Below are positions 48,795 to 58,828 of a stretch of 64,000 nt of DNA, piece by piece. Source of the stretch: Candidatus Gottesmanbacteria bacterium RIFCSPHIGHO2_02_FULL_39_11 (GTDB lineage Bacteria > Patescibacteriota > Microgenomatia > 2-02-FULL-39-11); contig MFJL01000014.1 of assembly GCA_001779195.1 (NCBI GenBank), forward strand, positions 9,522-73,521. Direction: 5' to 3'. The notes under the pieces are model-generated. The model was not told the DNA's origin. It saw nothing but the letters and a program-made list of their open reading frames with translations, and made no database searches. How positions within the stretch are numbered: position 1 is the stretch's first letter; every line of letters starts with the position of its first letter. A program made the position numbers and the translations under genes.

Positions 48795-49502
48795 TTAATT
48801 AAAAAATCTATAATAAAATATTGCTTTTATTGCTTCTATAGCATCCATTGCAGTAAGCTTTTTTCCCGATAAATGATTCCTTCCTTTATAGGTTATAGGA
48901 ACTTCAATAATCTTCACCTTGTTTTTGATAAGTTTTCCAGTTATTTCCGGCTCTAAGTCAAAGTGATTTGACCGAATGGGATGTTTTCGAAAGATTTCAA
49001 TCGGAACTACCTTATACCCGGTTTCCATATCAGTTAAAGAAACATCATATAGAAAAGCTGTAAAAAGAGTCAGAAATTTATTTCCGACATAGTAAAAAAA
49101 GGGAATCGATACATCTTTATGCGCAAATCGGGATCCGTATACGGCAATCTTTTTATTCTTCAAATTTTTAAAAGGAGATATTAATGCCGGGATTTCTAAG
49201 GGATTATATTCAAGGTCTGCATCCTGAATGAGAACATAATCCCCCGTTGCTTTATCAACTCCGCTTCTTATCGCGGCGCCTTTACCTTTATTAATAGTAT
49301 GAGTAACGACGGTAATTTTTGTTTTTGCTTTTTTAAGTTTATTTTTTTGTCCGATTATTTTTTCTGACGTTCCATCTGTTGACGCGTCATCAACTATAAT
49401 TATTTCTTTCTTACAGGGCAGTTTTAACAGGGAAAGTTTTTCTATAACCTCAGAAACAGTTCTCACTTCATTATACACAGGAACGATTATGGAAAGCTTC
49501 AT
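48795..49502 (-). CDS. Polyprenyl-phosphate sugar synthase (GT2, DPM1/ArnC/GtrB-like)
   Basis: 235 aa with MKLSIIVPVYNE, IIIVDDASTDGT and QDADLEY. Confidence 0.75.
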   Translation of the reverse strand: MKLSIIVPVYNEVRTVSEVIEKLSLLKLPCKKEIIIVDDASTDGTSEKIIGQKNKLKKAKTKITVVTHTINKGKGAAIRSGVDKATGDYVLIQDADLEYNPLEIPALISPFKNLKNKKIAVYGSRFAHKDVSIPFFYYVGNKFLTLFTAFLYDVSLTDMETGYKVVPIEIFRKHPIRSNHFDLEPEITGKLIKNKVKIIEVPITYKGRNHLSGKKLTAMDAIEAIKAIFYYRFFN

Positions 49503-49528
49503 AATACTTCTTTATACACGAACAGACC

Positions 49529-50929
49529 TCATTTGAGCAAGATAGGTGAATATAATGTACTCCCGCTCGATTCTTTCTGATATACGACAGTAAGTCCGGA
49601 ATTATTAAAATATTCCCGAAATGCTTTCTCGTCAAACAAAGCAACCTGTATTTCCTTATCGTCTTTATTTATTACTACTTTATTTGAAGATTGAATTATA
49701 TCTCTTTTTTTATCCGCTTCTCCTATCCAATATTTGGCAATGTCAGCGCGTCTTTTGATCCAGTGATTATCCTGATCGAATTTAACGGTAATAATTGATG
49801 CGTAGACCCAAATTAAAATTGCAAAAAGACAAATAATCTGATATTTCAGGGATTTGAGTGAAATTTTTATTACCGGATAAAATATCAGAATAAGAAACGG
49901 CAGGAGAGAAATACTTCCATGGTGAGGGGCAATATGAGACGGAATGATAACAATGGGCGAAAGAGATATAAGGAGCCAGAACAGAAGAAATAGAATGGTT
50001 ACATAATCTCTTTTATGAATCATGTGTTTTTTAAATAAAATAAATAAAGGAAAAAGGGCAACCGCAAAGACAGACACTGTATTTAACATCCATACAGCGG
50101 TCTCTGTGTGGAATGTATTCACAAATTCGGGCCGGATCATCCAGTATTTTAAAAAGTTATCCTTAACTGCCTCGGGCCAGTTCAAAAAATAAAGAAGAAA
50201 AAAACGGTAAGAAGAAATAATACTTTGATTCAAAGAGACGGGGTAGCTTGCCAAATCGGATCTGAAAACGGATCTAAGCATGCCGTATCCCAACATAATA
50301 ATTCCCAGGGAAACAAATAATCTTTTTCCGAGCTTTAGACTGTTTTTCCCTTTGGTTAAGAGTTCAAAAATAAACAGTACGAAAGGCAATAAAAAAGTAA
50401 ATTCATTTGTCAGCAAAGCTAATAGGAAAATAAAACACAGGCTGAATGTTCTGACTGATGAAGGCTTAAAATAAATAAAAATATAAAAACAAAGAAAAAA
50501 CAAAAATGCTCCGATACTATATGAGCTGTTGGCAAGCCATGAAAGGGTATTATAATGAACCGCACTTGTTCCGTACCATAGCAATATTATTAGTCCTCCC
50601 CTGGAAGATTTAAGAATCTTTTTAGATATTTTATAGACCAGAAAAATAGAAAAAATAAAAAACGGCCACAGAAAAAGGTGAAAGGCCGGAGCATTCCACC
50701 CGAAAATACTTCTCCCTAACCAAAAAAATGTTTCAGATCCCAAAGGCCGATAAAACTGAACATCCGGCCGGGGTATAAAAAAATGAAAAAAATCAGATAC
50801 TTTTATTACATGGGATATTTCTAAAATAAAAAAATCATCCTGGGAAAAGTAAACGGATAAAAGAGGAGAAAAAAGTAAAAAAGACTGGACGATTATTAAA
50901 ACAAACAGTAATTTTTTCTTCACAAGCAT
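49529..50929 (-). CDS. Polytopic membrane protein, putative GT-C glycosyltransferase (QDDF-motif family), tandem paralog 2
   Basis: 466 aa. The N-terminus LLSVYFSQDDFFILE parallels the adjacent gene's PSFSTYFHQDDFTHM. Confidence 0.45.
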   Translation of the reverse strand: MLVKKKLLFVLIIVQSFLLFSPLLSVYFSQDDFFILEISHVIKVSDFFHFFIPRPDVQFYRPLGSETFFWLGRSIFGWNAPAFHLFLWPFFIFSIFLVYKISKKILKSSRGGLIILLWYGTSAVHYNTLSWLANSSYSIGAFLFFLCFYIFIYFKPSSVRTFSLCFIFLLALLTNEFTFLLPFVLFIFELLTKGKNSLKLGKRLFVSLGIIMLGYGMLRSVFRSDLASYPVSLNQSIISSYRFFLLYFLNWPEAVKDNFLKYWMIRPEFVNTFHTETAVWMLNTVSVFAVALFPLFILFKKHMIHKRDYVTILFLLFWLLISLSPIVIIPSHIAPHHGSISLLPFLILIFYPVIKISLKSLKYQIICLFAILIWVYASIITVKFDQDNHWIKRRADIAKYWIGEADKKRDIIQSSNKVVINKDDKEIQVALFDEKAFREYFNNSGLTVVYQKESSGSTLYSPILLK

Positions 50930-50934
50930 GTTAT

Positions 50935-52383
50935 TCAGTATCCTAGAAATTTTGAGGAGTCAAATTCCAATACTAACTTTGACTTTTTAACATCCGGAGG
51001 CAAATCTTTTACATCTTCAAAATAACTTTGAATTTTATTGTCGTTATATAGAATATTTATAGCTGCTCCGTTTCCCAAAGCCTGATAAATTTGTTTTGCC
51101 GAACCATATTGAGGAATTTTTATTTCTCCGTTTTTGAAATAAATTATTGAGTCATCAGGCAGTATTGGATATTTTAATCTAAGTGCAAAAAGTGTTTTTT
51201 CAGCCTGCCGCGCGCTTAGTATAACCCAGTGGGTACGCCTTGCAAGAAGAATTGAATTACTCGCATGTACCAGATAAAACACAATCATCAAAAAAGAAAT
51301 TATCTTGAATAGTCCTTTTTCTTTAAATGCAGATGAAAGAACAGATCCTAAATAAATGGATAAGCCTGCCAATGCTAAAGCCTGCTCTGTTGCAAGTTTA
51401 TGAAGAGGAAAAATAATAAGAGGTAAAAGGGCAATTACAAACCAGAATAACGAATAAAAAAGAGTATATATGCTTCCTTTCACATATTTAATTGACCAAA
51501 TCATGAGAAAAAATAAAAGAACTGCAAATACTCCGAAAAAAATAAAGAATACCGAAGAATTTGCTCCTGCTACCTGATGCCAGACCGGACTGATTTTTAA
51601 ATGGGGAAGCAAAAAATCTATAAAAATGTTTGGTACGGAAAGCGCCCATAAAAAATACCAAAAAAGAATTTGAAAAGTTGCTTTTCCGATAATGACTTTA
51701 TAAGAAGATGATGAAGCAAAACCGTAAAATATGGCATGCGCCAGAAAATATATTACACTTAAGAGAATAAAGATTCCTAGTTTCTTAAACTCTGATTTTG
51801 ACGGAATTTTTTTCTTCTCGTAGATATAGGTAAGAATTAAAATTCCGGGAAGCACTACTGCAGTTTCTTTCGACATAAGGGCCAGAATAAAAAATAGAAT
51901 ACTTCTTCCTGTTTTATTGGTTGCCAATGAGTATACGGATAAAAGACCAAAAAAGACCAAAAAAAGCTCATGACAATAAGCAGGTGAAAAAAGAGGAGCA
52001 ATATGAGTACTGTTTACTGCATAAAATAAAGATGAAAAAATTCCTGCTTGTGAGCTTTTAGTCAGATACGTACTTAACCGATATAAAATAAGAATATTTA
52101 ATATAAAAAGAATAAAATTGACTGCATGATAGGGAAACGGATTTAATCCGAAAAAGTGTTTTAAAAAATAAAAATATACCTGTGTAGGAATGGGGCGGTA
52201 AAAAGGAAAATCGCCCTTCGCAAACAAATTAAAAGAAGAAATCACTTTTGAAAAAGTGTCGCTGTATGTCATGTGAGTAAAATCATCCTGGTGGAAATAG
52301 GTACTAAAAGATGGAAAGAAAAGAAAAAAAGAAAGAAGAATAATAACGGAAAGAGGGGCTATAATTCTTAAGGAGACTTTCAT
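50935..52383 (-). CDS. Polytopic membrane protein, putative GT-C glycosyltransferase (QDDF-motif family), tandem paralog 1
   Basis: 482 aa with more than 10 TM segments and YFHQDDF in the first extracytoplasmic loop. Confidence 0.45.
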   Translation of the reverse strand: MKVSLRIIAPLSVIILLSFFLFFPSFSTYFHQDDFTHMTYSDTFSKVISSFNLFAKGDFPFYRPIPTQVYFYFLKHFFGLNPFPYHAVNFILFILNILILYRLSTYLTKSSQAGIFSSLFYAVNSTHIAPLFSPAYCHELFLVFFGLLSVYSLATNKTGRSILFFILALMSKETAVVLPGILILTYIYEKKKIPSKSEFKKLGIFILLSVIYFLAHAIFYGFASSSSYKVIIGKATFQILFWYFLWALSVPNIFIDFLLPHLKISPVWHQVAGANSSVFFIFFGVFAVLLFFLMIWSIKYVKGSIYTLFYSLFWFVIALLPLIIFPLHKLATEQALALAGLSIYLGSVLSSAFKEKGLFKIISFLMIVFYLVHASNSILLARRTHWVILSARQAEKTLFALRLKYPILPDDSIIYFKNGEIKIPQYGSAKQIYQALGNGAAINILYNDNKIQSYFEDVKDLPPDVKKSKLVLEFDSSKFLGY

Positions 52384-53417
52384 ACCTTCTCTATTATTTT
52401 TTTATATTCCGAGGAAATGGTATCCCAGCTGAATTTTTCAGCCTGCCTGCGCGGTTTATTTTCCCAATCATTTTTCAGAGCTTTTATTAAGACGTCGGAA
52501 TATTTAACCGGATCTTCTACATCCGTATATAATCCCGCATTCCTTACAATCTCTCTTCGGCTTTGATCATCGGGGGCTACAACCGGAATATTGGATGCCA
52601 GAGCTTCCAAATAAACCAGACCAAATGCTTCCGATTCTTTGGAAGGGAGGGAAAATACCTGCGCGGTTTTATAATAACGGGTGATATCATTATGGCTTAC
52701 TTTTTTTATGATCTTAAACCTTCCCGGAATTTTTGACTGTGCTTGGTTGTATAAATTTTCATATAAGGGGCCGTCTCCTATCAGAAGCAGTGAGGTGTTG
52801 ACAATACCTGAGACCGCATCAATCAAAAGGCCGATACGTTTATAAGGTAGGAGAGCACTTACGCAAAGAATAACCGGAAGTCGTAATCCTGTATCAATTG
52901 GCTTAAGCGAAGGGTTAAACTGACTTAAGTCTACACCGTTTGGAATATAGACTGTCTTTTGAAATGGAAATTTTTCTTTTACCCATGATAAAGCTTTTTG
53001 CGATAAAGCGACAAATATATCCGGTTTTCCAAACTGTATGTTTATCTTATCATCACGGCCAATTCCGGCGTGCCCGCAAATTAGTATTTTAGAATGAGTA
53101 ACAAATCTGACTACTCTGCAAACAATAACTTGTGATCCTCCGTTTATTGGAACAATCCAATCATATTTATTTTTTAATAGATACGAGAAACATCTCAAAC
53201 TAAAAAGTAAAAGAAAAAAATCGTAAAGAAGTGATTGATTCTTTATATAAGGTATACCTGTAATCTGGTTTACTGTATATTTTTTATCTGTTTTTTTTCC
53301 TATTTGAAAAACATCAACATCATAAGAACCTGAAAATCTTCCTGCTATTTCATCTACAAAAACTTCGGATCCTCTTTCAACTATCCCGTTGTATATATTG
53401 AGAAAAGCAATTTTCAT
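52380..53417 (-). CDS. Glycosyltransferase family 4 (GT-B)
   Basis: 345 aa with SEAFGLVYLEALASNIPVVAPD. Confidence 0.75.
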   Translation of the reverse strand: MKIAFLNIYNGIVERGSEVFVDEIAGRFSGSYDVDVFQIGKKTDKKYTVNQITGIPYIKNQSLLYDFFLLLFSLRCFSYLLKNKYDWIVPINGGSQVIVCRVVRFVTHSKILICGHAGIGRDDKINIQFGKPDIFVALSQKALSWVKEKFPFQKTVYIPNGVDLSQFNPSLKPIDTGLRLPVILCVSALLPYKRIGLLIDAVSGIVNTSLLLIGDGPLYENLYNQAQSKIPGRFKIIKKVSHNDITRYYKTAQVFSLPSKESEAFGLVYLEALASNIPVVAPDDQSRREIVRNAGLYTDVEDPVKYSDVLIKALKNDWENKPRRQAEKFSWDTISSEYKKIIEKV

Positions 53418-53430
53418 ATGTAATTTTTAT

Positions 53431-54252
53431 TCAAAAAATCATTCTCTTTACCATTTTAACTGGCGTTAGGATTGCAGATTCAATAGTGTATACGGTTGAA
53501 CGCTTAGTATGAACATCAGAGACAAACGTGGGATGTTTTTGATTAAAAATATCAGGAATTTTAACAGTATCAGGAAACGATCTGCCCCATTCAATTTTAT
53601 ATTTATTTCTGTGAAATGTCGTTTGAATATTTGCACCGCTTGATGACCTTTTCAGGTACATCGCATGCCACAATTTACCCGTCGTAAAATAAAACAAATG
53701 CGGTGAATGATGGATAATTTCCCTGCCTGATTTATCATAATACCCCTCATAGGGATAGCTCCCTGAAACTCTGATACCGTTTATATTTTTCTTATTAATA
53801 AGCCTTACTACGATGTGCCCTTTTTTTCCAAAAAGATGATAAGGACCAACGTCTGGATTTTGAAAATGGTATATGTCTCCCAGTAAATCATATCTTCCTA
53901 CAACAATCCCTTCCAGAGTCTCTCCTTTTGTTGTTATTACATTTTTAATTTCTTCACATAAGAAACTAGGGTAGATTTCATCCCCGTCCACTACCCAAAA
54001 CCAATCAGTTGTTGTCTTATCTACCTGCTCTTCTCGTATGCGTGCTATATCTATAACATCACGGACTTCCCTTTCATAAAATTCTATTTTTTTTGAGTTA
54101 AAAGATTTAATAATTTTTATCGTATTATCTGTTGAACCGGTATCTGCAATAAAGATTCTGTCAGCATAGGGAAGAACAGATGATATGGAATACCAAATAA
54201 AACGGTCTTCATTTTTAACCATCATGTGGACGGTTAACTGATTATTTTTCAT
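53431..54252 (-). CDS. Glycosyltransferase family 2-like (GT-A)
   Basis: 273 aa with MMVKNEDRFI and ADTGSTDNT. Confidence 0.6.
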   Translation of the reverse strand: MKNNQLTVHMMVKNEDRFIWYSISSVLPYADRIFIADTGSTDNTIKIIKSFNSKKIEFYEREVRDVIDIARIREEQVDKTTTDWFWVVDGDEIYPSFLCEEIKNVITTKGETLEGIVVGRYDLLGDIYHFQNPDVGPYHLFGKKGHIVVRLINKKNINGIRVSGSYPYEGYYDKSGREIIHHSPHLFYFTTGKLWHAMYLKRSSSGANIQTTFHRNKYKIEWGRSFPDTVKIPDIFNQKHPTFVSDVHTKRSTVYTIESAILTPVKMVKRMIF

Positions 54253-55537
54253 GATGATGGCGACGTAAAGAATAAATGCTCAAATAAGAAGTTAAAAATA
54301 CGGTAGCTGCAAACGCAAGTATTAAGGATAGAGCCGGACCCATCCTTCCGTATCTGGGTATAAAAATAAGGTTTCCGACAATCACAATTATCAGTTGCAA
54401 CACACTGTTTATGGTGAGTATTTGAGGTTTTTTGACGTAATATATCGCAACCGCAACAGCGGGAATGGATGCCGTGAAAAAAATCTGGCTTACTAAGAGA
54501 AGTTGAAAAACTCCTACGGAATCCTTTGCTTTTTCTCCGAAAAGAATTGTAATAAAAGGATTCGCAATAACTATTAATACTAAAATGGTTACTATAAGAC
54601 CAAGAGTTGCTAAAATTATTTTTAATAAATAATCTTTAAATTCGTTTTTAGTAGCAATTCCCGATATCCGGGGAGCAATAACTGAAGTAAAGCTTCCGGC
54701 AAGAAGAGGATATATAGAAATCACCCGGGAGGCTGTAGCATATATTCCAGTTTCAACTGAGTTTGTAAATGCAATAAGCATCAGAGTATCGAGCCTGCTT
54801 GAAACTGCCGTCAGGGATCTGGCTATACCTAAAAATTTTGAAAATTTTAGGAGCTCCCCAAAATCCTTTGAACTGGGAGATGATTTTAAAAATCTGGTTC
54901 CGATAAATGCCAATGCTACAAAGGCGGTAAGTATCATACTGGCAATTTGTGTCCATATAACGGAAGTTAAGTTGACAAAAGACAAAAGAATAATAAGAAT
55001 CAAAAAAATAAGTCTTAGGATACTACTCAGTGCCGAAAGGACTGACGCTCCAACAAATCTTTCTTCAGCTGAAAGAATATACGAGAAAAAATTTAAGATC
55101 GTAAGTCCAAATATCCCCACCGTGATAACCCGAACAAGCGGAGTAAGAGAAGGATTATGAAAAAAATTACCTGCTAAAAAATTAGACAGAATTAAAATTA
55201 AAAAACATAATACTAAAACAATTCCTGACTGATACAAAAATGAAGTTTTTATAAACGTATTGAAACGATCACGGTTATTTTTAAGGGAAGGTAGAAAGCG
55301 AGCAAGAGAAGCCCCGATTCCTACATCAGAAACATCGCAAACCAGTATAAAGAGTGAAAAAATAGCAGAATAATATCCAAAATCCGATAGTGAGATAACC
55401 CGGTACAACACAACAGTGAAAATAAAAGCAAAAACCGCCGAAATCATATTTCCCATAAAAACCAGATAAGTATTACGGGCTGTTTTTGAAAGCAATAATT
55501 TGCGGATCAAACTGCTTGTTTTTTGATACATATTCAT
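54242..55537 (-). CDS. wzx: MOP-superfamily polysaccharide flippase (Wzx-like)
   Basis: 431 aa with 12-14 TM segments and Wzx-like spacing and size. Confidence 0.65.
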   Translation of the reverse strand: MNMYQKTSSLIRKLLLSKTARNTYLVFMGNMISAVFAFIFTVVLYRVISLSDFGYYSAIFSLFILVCDVSDVGIGASLARFLPSLKNNRDRFNTFIKTSFLYQSGIVLVLCFLILILSNFLAGNFFHNPSLTPLVRVITVGIFGLTILNFFSYILSAEERFVGASVLSALSSILRLIFLILIILLSFVNLTSVIWTQIASMILTAFVALAFIGTRFLKSSPSSKDFGELLKFSKFLGIARSLTAVSSRLDTLMLIAFTNSVETGIYATASRVISIYPLLAGSFTSVIAPRISGIATKNEFKDYLLKIILATLGLIVTILVLIVIANPFITILFGEKAKDSVGVFQLLLVSQIFFTASIPAVAVAIYYVKKPQILTINSVLQLIIVIVGNLIFIPRYGRMGPALSLILAFAATVFLTSYLSIYSLRRHHHEK

Positions 55538-55546
55538 AATTTGCCT

Positions 55547-57109
55547 TTATGGAGTTTTAGGAGAAAGAATATAGACATATATTGAATTAAATTTCCTTTG
55601 GTTAACCACGTCGTAGTCTGCAAGGTATTTCAACTTTTCCTCTTCCCATCCGCTGATTTCAGAAAAAGTGCTTCTGGGATCAATTAGAGAAAGCAGGACA
55701 AGAGAAGGGTCATTCGCACTGCTTTCTTTTTGAGAGTAAAGCCATGAAAAATAGGAGTCCATATAAGAGGACTGAGGAGTTTTATGATAATAGTCGAATA
55801 AATATCTGTACCCGCCGAATTTTTCACATCCTCCGATTGCCTGCAGGATATACGGCTTGTTTCCGACATTTTCTTTTACATAATGAATCATTTGTATTTT
55901 TTCCCGATATTGAAACGTTTTCTGCGCCGTAAAAAGAGTGCCTAAATTTAAACCGACAAAAGATATGAGTATAGATGTACTTATGATAAGACCGTGATGC
56001 TTACGATCAATGTATGAAAGTGCTAAGGCAAACGCAATTGAGAACCAGGGAAATAAATATAAATAATAATATTCAAAAACAGTTCGGTTATAGAATAGCA
56101 GGACTCCCAAAGTGGCGACAAAAACAGAAGAAATAACTTGAAAACTGAATTTCTGCCTGTGGTGGCGGATAGCAATTAAGAAAAAACATGCCAGAAGAAG
56201 AAATCCGGATAAGACTGCCTCAATATTTGGAGATTTGACAAAACGTATCAATTCCTTACATTGTCCGGATTCAACGGATAAATCAGGAAAAAAGGGAACC
56301 CAGACAATTCTTCCGATAAGAGAAATAAACTCCGAAAACCGCTCTCCCAGAGCCGGGATATTCAGAGATCCGCTTGCTCTGAGAATAAAATTTGCCAATG
56401 CGGATAAGTTCTGATAATTATGCCGGGTGTCAAAAAGGACTACCGGGACAAAACTCAGAATCAAAACAAGCAAGCTTATTTTTAATTCTCCCCTATCTAT
56501 GTGTCTGCGGTTGCCAATGACGAAATATAAAATAACCGGAAGAAAAACGAGGATGGAAAGATGGCACTGAAGTGCGACTGCAAAAACAAAACTTAGATGA
56601 ATTAAAGAATGCTTTTTTTGTTTTAAAAAGCGATAAAGAAAAAAACCAATAAGAAGAGACAAAAGCGGAATCGGCGTCGGATTCCAATACTGTCTTTCAT
56701 AGAATGAAATTAAAAAAGATGACGCGTAAAAAACGCCAGCGAAAACCGCAACTTTATTTGAGAACATTTTTCTGGATATTAGAATTACGGCAAGCGTCGT
56801 CCCTACGCCCCAGAGCGAGGCTAACACGGACCAGCCGATCGGATCTCCCCCGAAAAATACATACGTTAAGGCGGTGAGATAGCTGAAGAGGGGACCCAGA
56901 TATAAGCCGGTATCTGAAGCATTAACCCCTATTAGGGGAAAATGAAGACCGGTTGCTATATTCCCCGCTATAAAAGCCTGGTATTCCTGATCCATGCCAA
57001 ACGAAGTCCATTTTTCGAGATTATAAAACCTGAAAAAAGCAGAAAGAGCTAAAACACAGAAGCATAATAAAATGAAGATACGGTTTTTCTTATCATTTAA
57101 TTTTTGCAT
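55547..57109 (-). CDS. GT-C-like membrane glycosyltransferase, paralog C
   Basis: 520 aa. FGMDQEYQAFIAGNIATGLHFPLIG...LGPLFSYL and the C-terminal GGYRYLFDYYHKTPQSSYMDSY are both shared with 44923-46485. Confidence 0.55.
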   Translation of the reverse strand: MQKLNDKKNRIFILLCFCVLALSAFFRFYNLEKWTSFGMDQEYQAFIAGNIATGLHFPLIGVNASDTGLYLGPLFSYLTALTYVFFGGDPIGWSVLASLWGVGTTLAVILISRKMFSNKVAVFAGVFYASSFLISFYERQYWNPTPIPLLSLLIGFFLYRFLKQKKHSLIHLSFVFAVALQCHLSILVFLPVILYFVIGNRRHIDRGELKISLLVLILSFVPVVLFDTRHNYQNLSALANFILRASGSLNIPALGERFSEFISLIGRIVWVPFFPDLSVESGQCKELIRFVKSPNIEAVLSGFLLLACFFLIAIRHHRQKFSFQVISSVFVATLGVLLFYNRTVFEYYYLYLFPWFSIAFALALSYIDRKHHGLIISTSILISFVGLNLGTLFTAQKTFQYREKIQMIHYVKENVGNKPYILQAIGGCEKFGGYRYLFDYYHKTPQSSYMDSYFSWLYSQKESSANDPSLVLLSLIDPRSTFSEISGWEEEKLKYLADYDVVNQRKFNSIYVYILSPKTP

Positions 57110-57212
57110 ATCTATTTAGCTTTTGTTTTATATATTTTTTGATATAGTCTGCTAGATTGCATTAGCTTAAATACTATATTATAACGTCTTGACCAAGTTC
57201 AAAAGTATTATT

Positions 57213-57815
57213 ATGAAGTCAAAAACGGTAAAACTTACGTCCAAAAAGAGCTTTCTCAGCTTCTATCTCGATAACTTTACTATCAGCTTATCACATCTTG
57301 AGACAAAAAATATAGAAAAAATAATTGATCAGTTGGTACTTTTGAAAAAAAGAAAAGGGAGATTATTTTTGATAGGTATTGGGGGAAGCGCTGCCAACTG
57401 CAGTCACGCGGTTAATGACTTCAGAAAAATCGCAAAAATTGAAACCTATGCGGCCTCTGATAACATTGCGGAGCTTACTGCCCGGATAAACGATGAGGGA
57501 TGGGACGGAATATTTTCTTCTTATCTTGAGGGGAGTCATCTTTCGAAAAATGATATGGTTTTTATTCTGTCAGTAAGCGGTGGAGACCTTATAAAAAATA
57601 AAAGCATAAATATAGTTCATGCTATTTTATATGCCAAAAAAATCGGATCGACCATCCTAGCAATTGTCGGTGCGGGAGGAGGATTCACTAAAGAGTCTGC
57701 AGACTACGTAATCGAAATTAAGACTGAAAGAAATGAACTGATAATTCCCTTTGCAGAAAGCATGCAAAGTGTCATTTGGCATGCGATTGTGAATCATCCT
57801 AAACTTACAAGTTAA
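57213..57815 (+). CDS. gmhA: SIS-domain sedoheptulose-7-phosphate isomerase (GmhA-like)
   Basis: GRLFLIGIGGSAANCSHAVNDFRKI. The start is placed at the ATG at 57213 (MKSKTVKL); the track ORF begins upstream at a TTG. Confidence 0.7.
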   Translation: MKSKTVKLTSKKSFLSFYLDNFTISLSHLETKNIEKIIDQLVLLKKRKGRLFLIGIGGSAANCSHAVNDFRKIAKIETYAASDNIAELTARINDEGWDGIFSSYLEGSHLSKNDMVFILSVSGGDLIKNKSINIVHAILYAKKIGSTILAIVGAGGGFTKESADYVIEIKTERNELIIPFAESMQSVIWHAIVNHPKLTS

Positions 57816-58806
57816 TTGCCGAGTCTTTAATATAATGACTTAAACAGCTGTGGTAGTACTCCTTTGTGGCTTTAAGTCCTTCCCTTAATGATACTTCAGG
57901 ATTCCAGTTAAATTTATTTCTGAATTTCCTGTCATCAATATATACATTTCCGACTTCAATCTTTTTCCTGTCTTTCGGCCACTGCATTTTTTTTATCTTT
58001 CCGCCTACTATTCTCTCGATTGATTTGGCTATTGTATAAACAGTTGGAAAATCTGATGAGCTTACAAAATAAACCTCCCCCTTGCCCCTTTTTCCAATTG
58101 TCCTTAGGAGAGCATCAACTACATCTTCAATATATAAGACAGACCGATGCTGATTACCAGATCCGTAGAGAGGGATCGGTTTACCCGACAAAGCAAGACC
58201 GATAAAGTAGTTGATAAAACCAAACTCACTTGATGAAATGACAGCCCGGGGCCCGTATACATTTGGAAGTCGTATGGAAGTTGTATTTATTCCATATACC
58301 CGTGAATATATTTCCATATACTTCTCTCCCAGGCTTTTATGAGCTGAATATATATCGCATGGAAACTCGCAGTGCAGTTCGGTAATGGGATTAATTTTCA
58401 TTTTTCCCACCTGGGTAGATGTTGCAGTATATATGACCTGTATTTTGGGGTTATACTTCCGAACGGATTCCAACAGCACAAGTGTCCCCCGGGCATTTAT
58501 GTCTAAATCCATAAAGGGGTCTTCCATAGAACCTGGATGAGAAGTATGAGCCGCACAATGAAAAATAATATCAGTATTCGTTAGAATTTTCGCAAGCACT
58601 TTTTCGTTTCTAATATCGTGATTTAAAAAAATAACTTCTTTTTGAATGGGTTTTATATTGTATAAATTCGCTCCCGAATGAAAGTCGCAGTTGTCTAAAA
58701 TAGTGACATTAGCACCTTTTTTAAAACAAGATAAGGCTAAATTGCTTCCAATAAATCCAATACCTCCTGTAATAAGTATTTTTTTACTTTGAAACATTTT
58801 TTCCAT
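57805..58806 (-). CDS. NAD-dependent nucleotide-sugar epimerase/dehydratase (extended SDR)
   Basis: 333 aa with the Rossmann motif ILITGGIGFIGSNLA and the catalytic YSAHK. Confidence 0.8.
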   Translation of the reverse strand: MEKMFQSKKILITGGIGFIGSNLALSCFKKGANVTILDNCDFHSGANLYNIKPIQKEVIFLNHDIRNEKVLAKILTNTDIIFHCAAHTSHPGSMEDPFMDLDINARGTLVLLESVRKYNPKIQVIYTATSTQVGKMKINPITELHCEFPCDIYSAHKSLGEKYMEIYSRVYGINTTSIRLPNVYGPRAVISSSEFGFINYFIGLALSGKPIPLYGSGNQHRSVLYIEDVVDALLRTIGKRGKGEVYFVSSSDFPTVYTIAKSIERIVGGKIKKMQWPKDRKKIEVGNVYIDDRKFRNKFNWNPEVSLREGLKATKEYYHSCLSHYIKDSAINL

Positions 58807-58828
58807 TTATAAAGCTAGGGCAGATATT

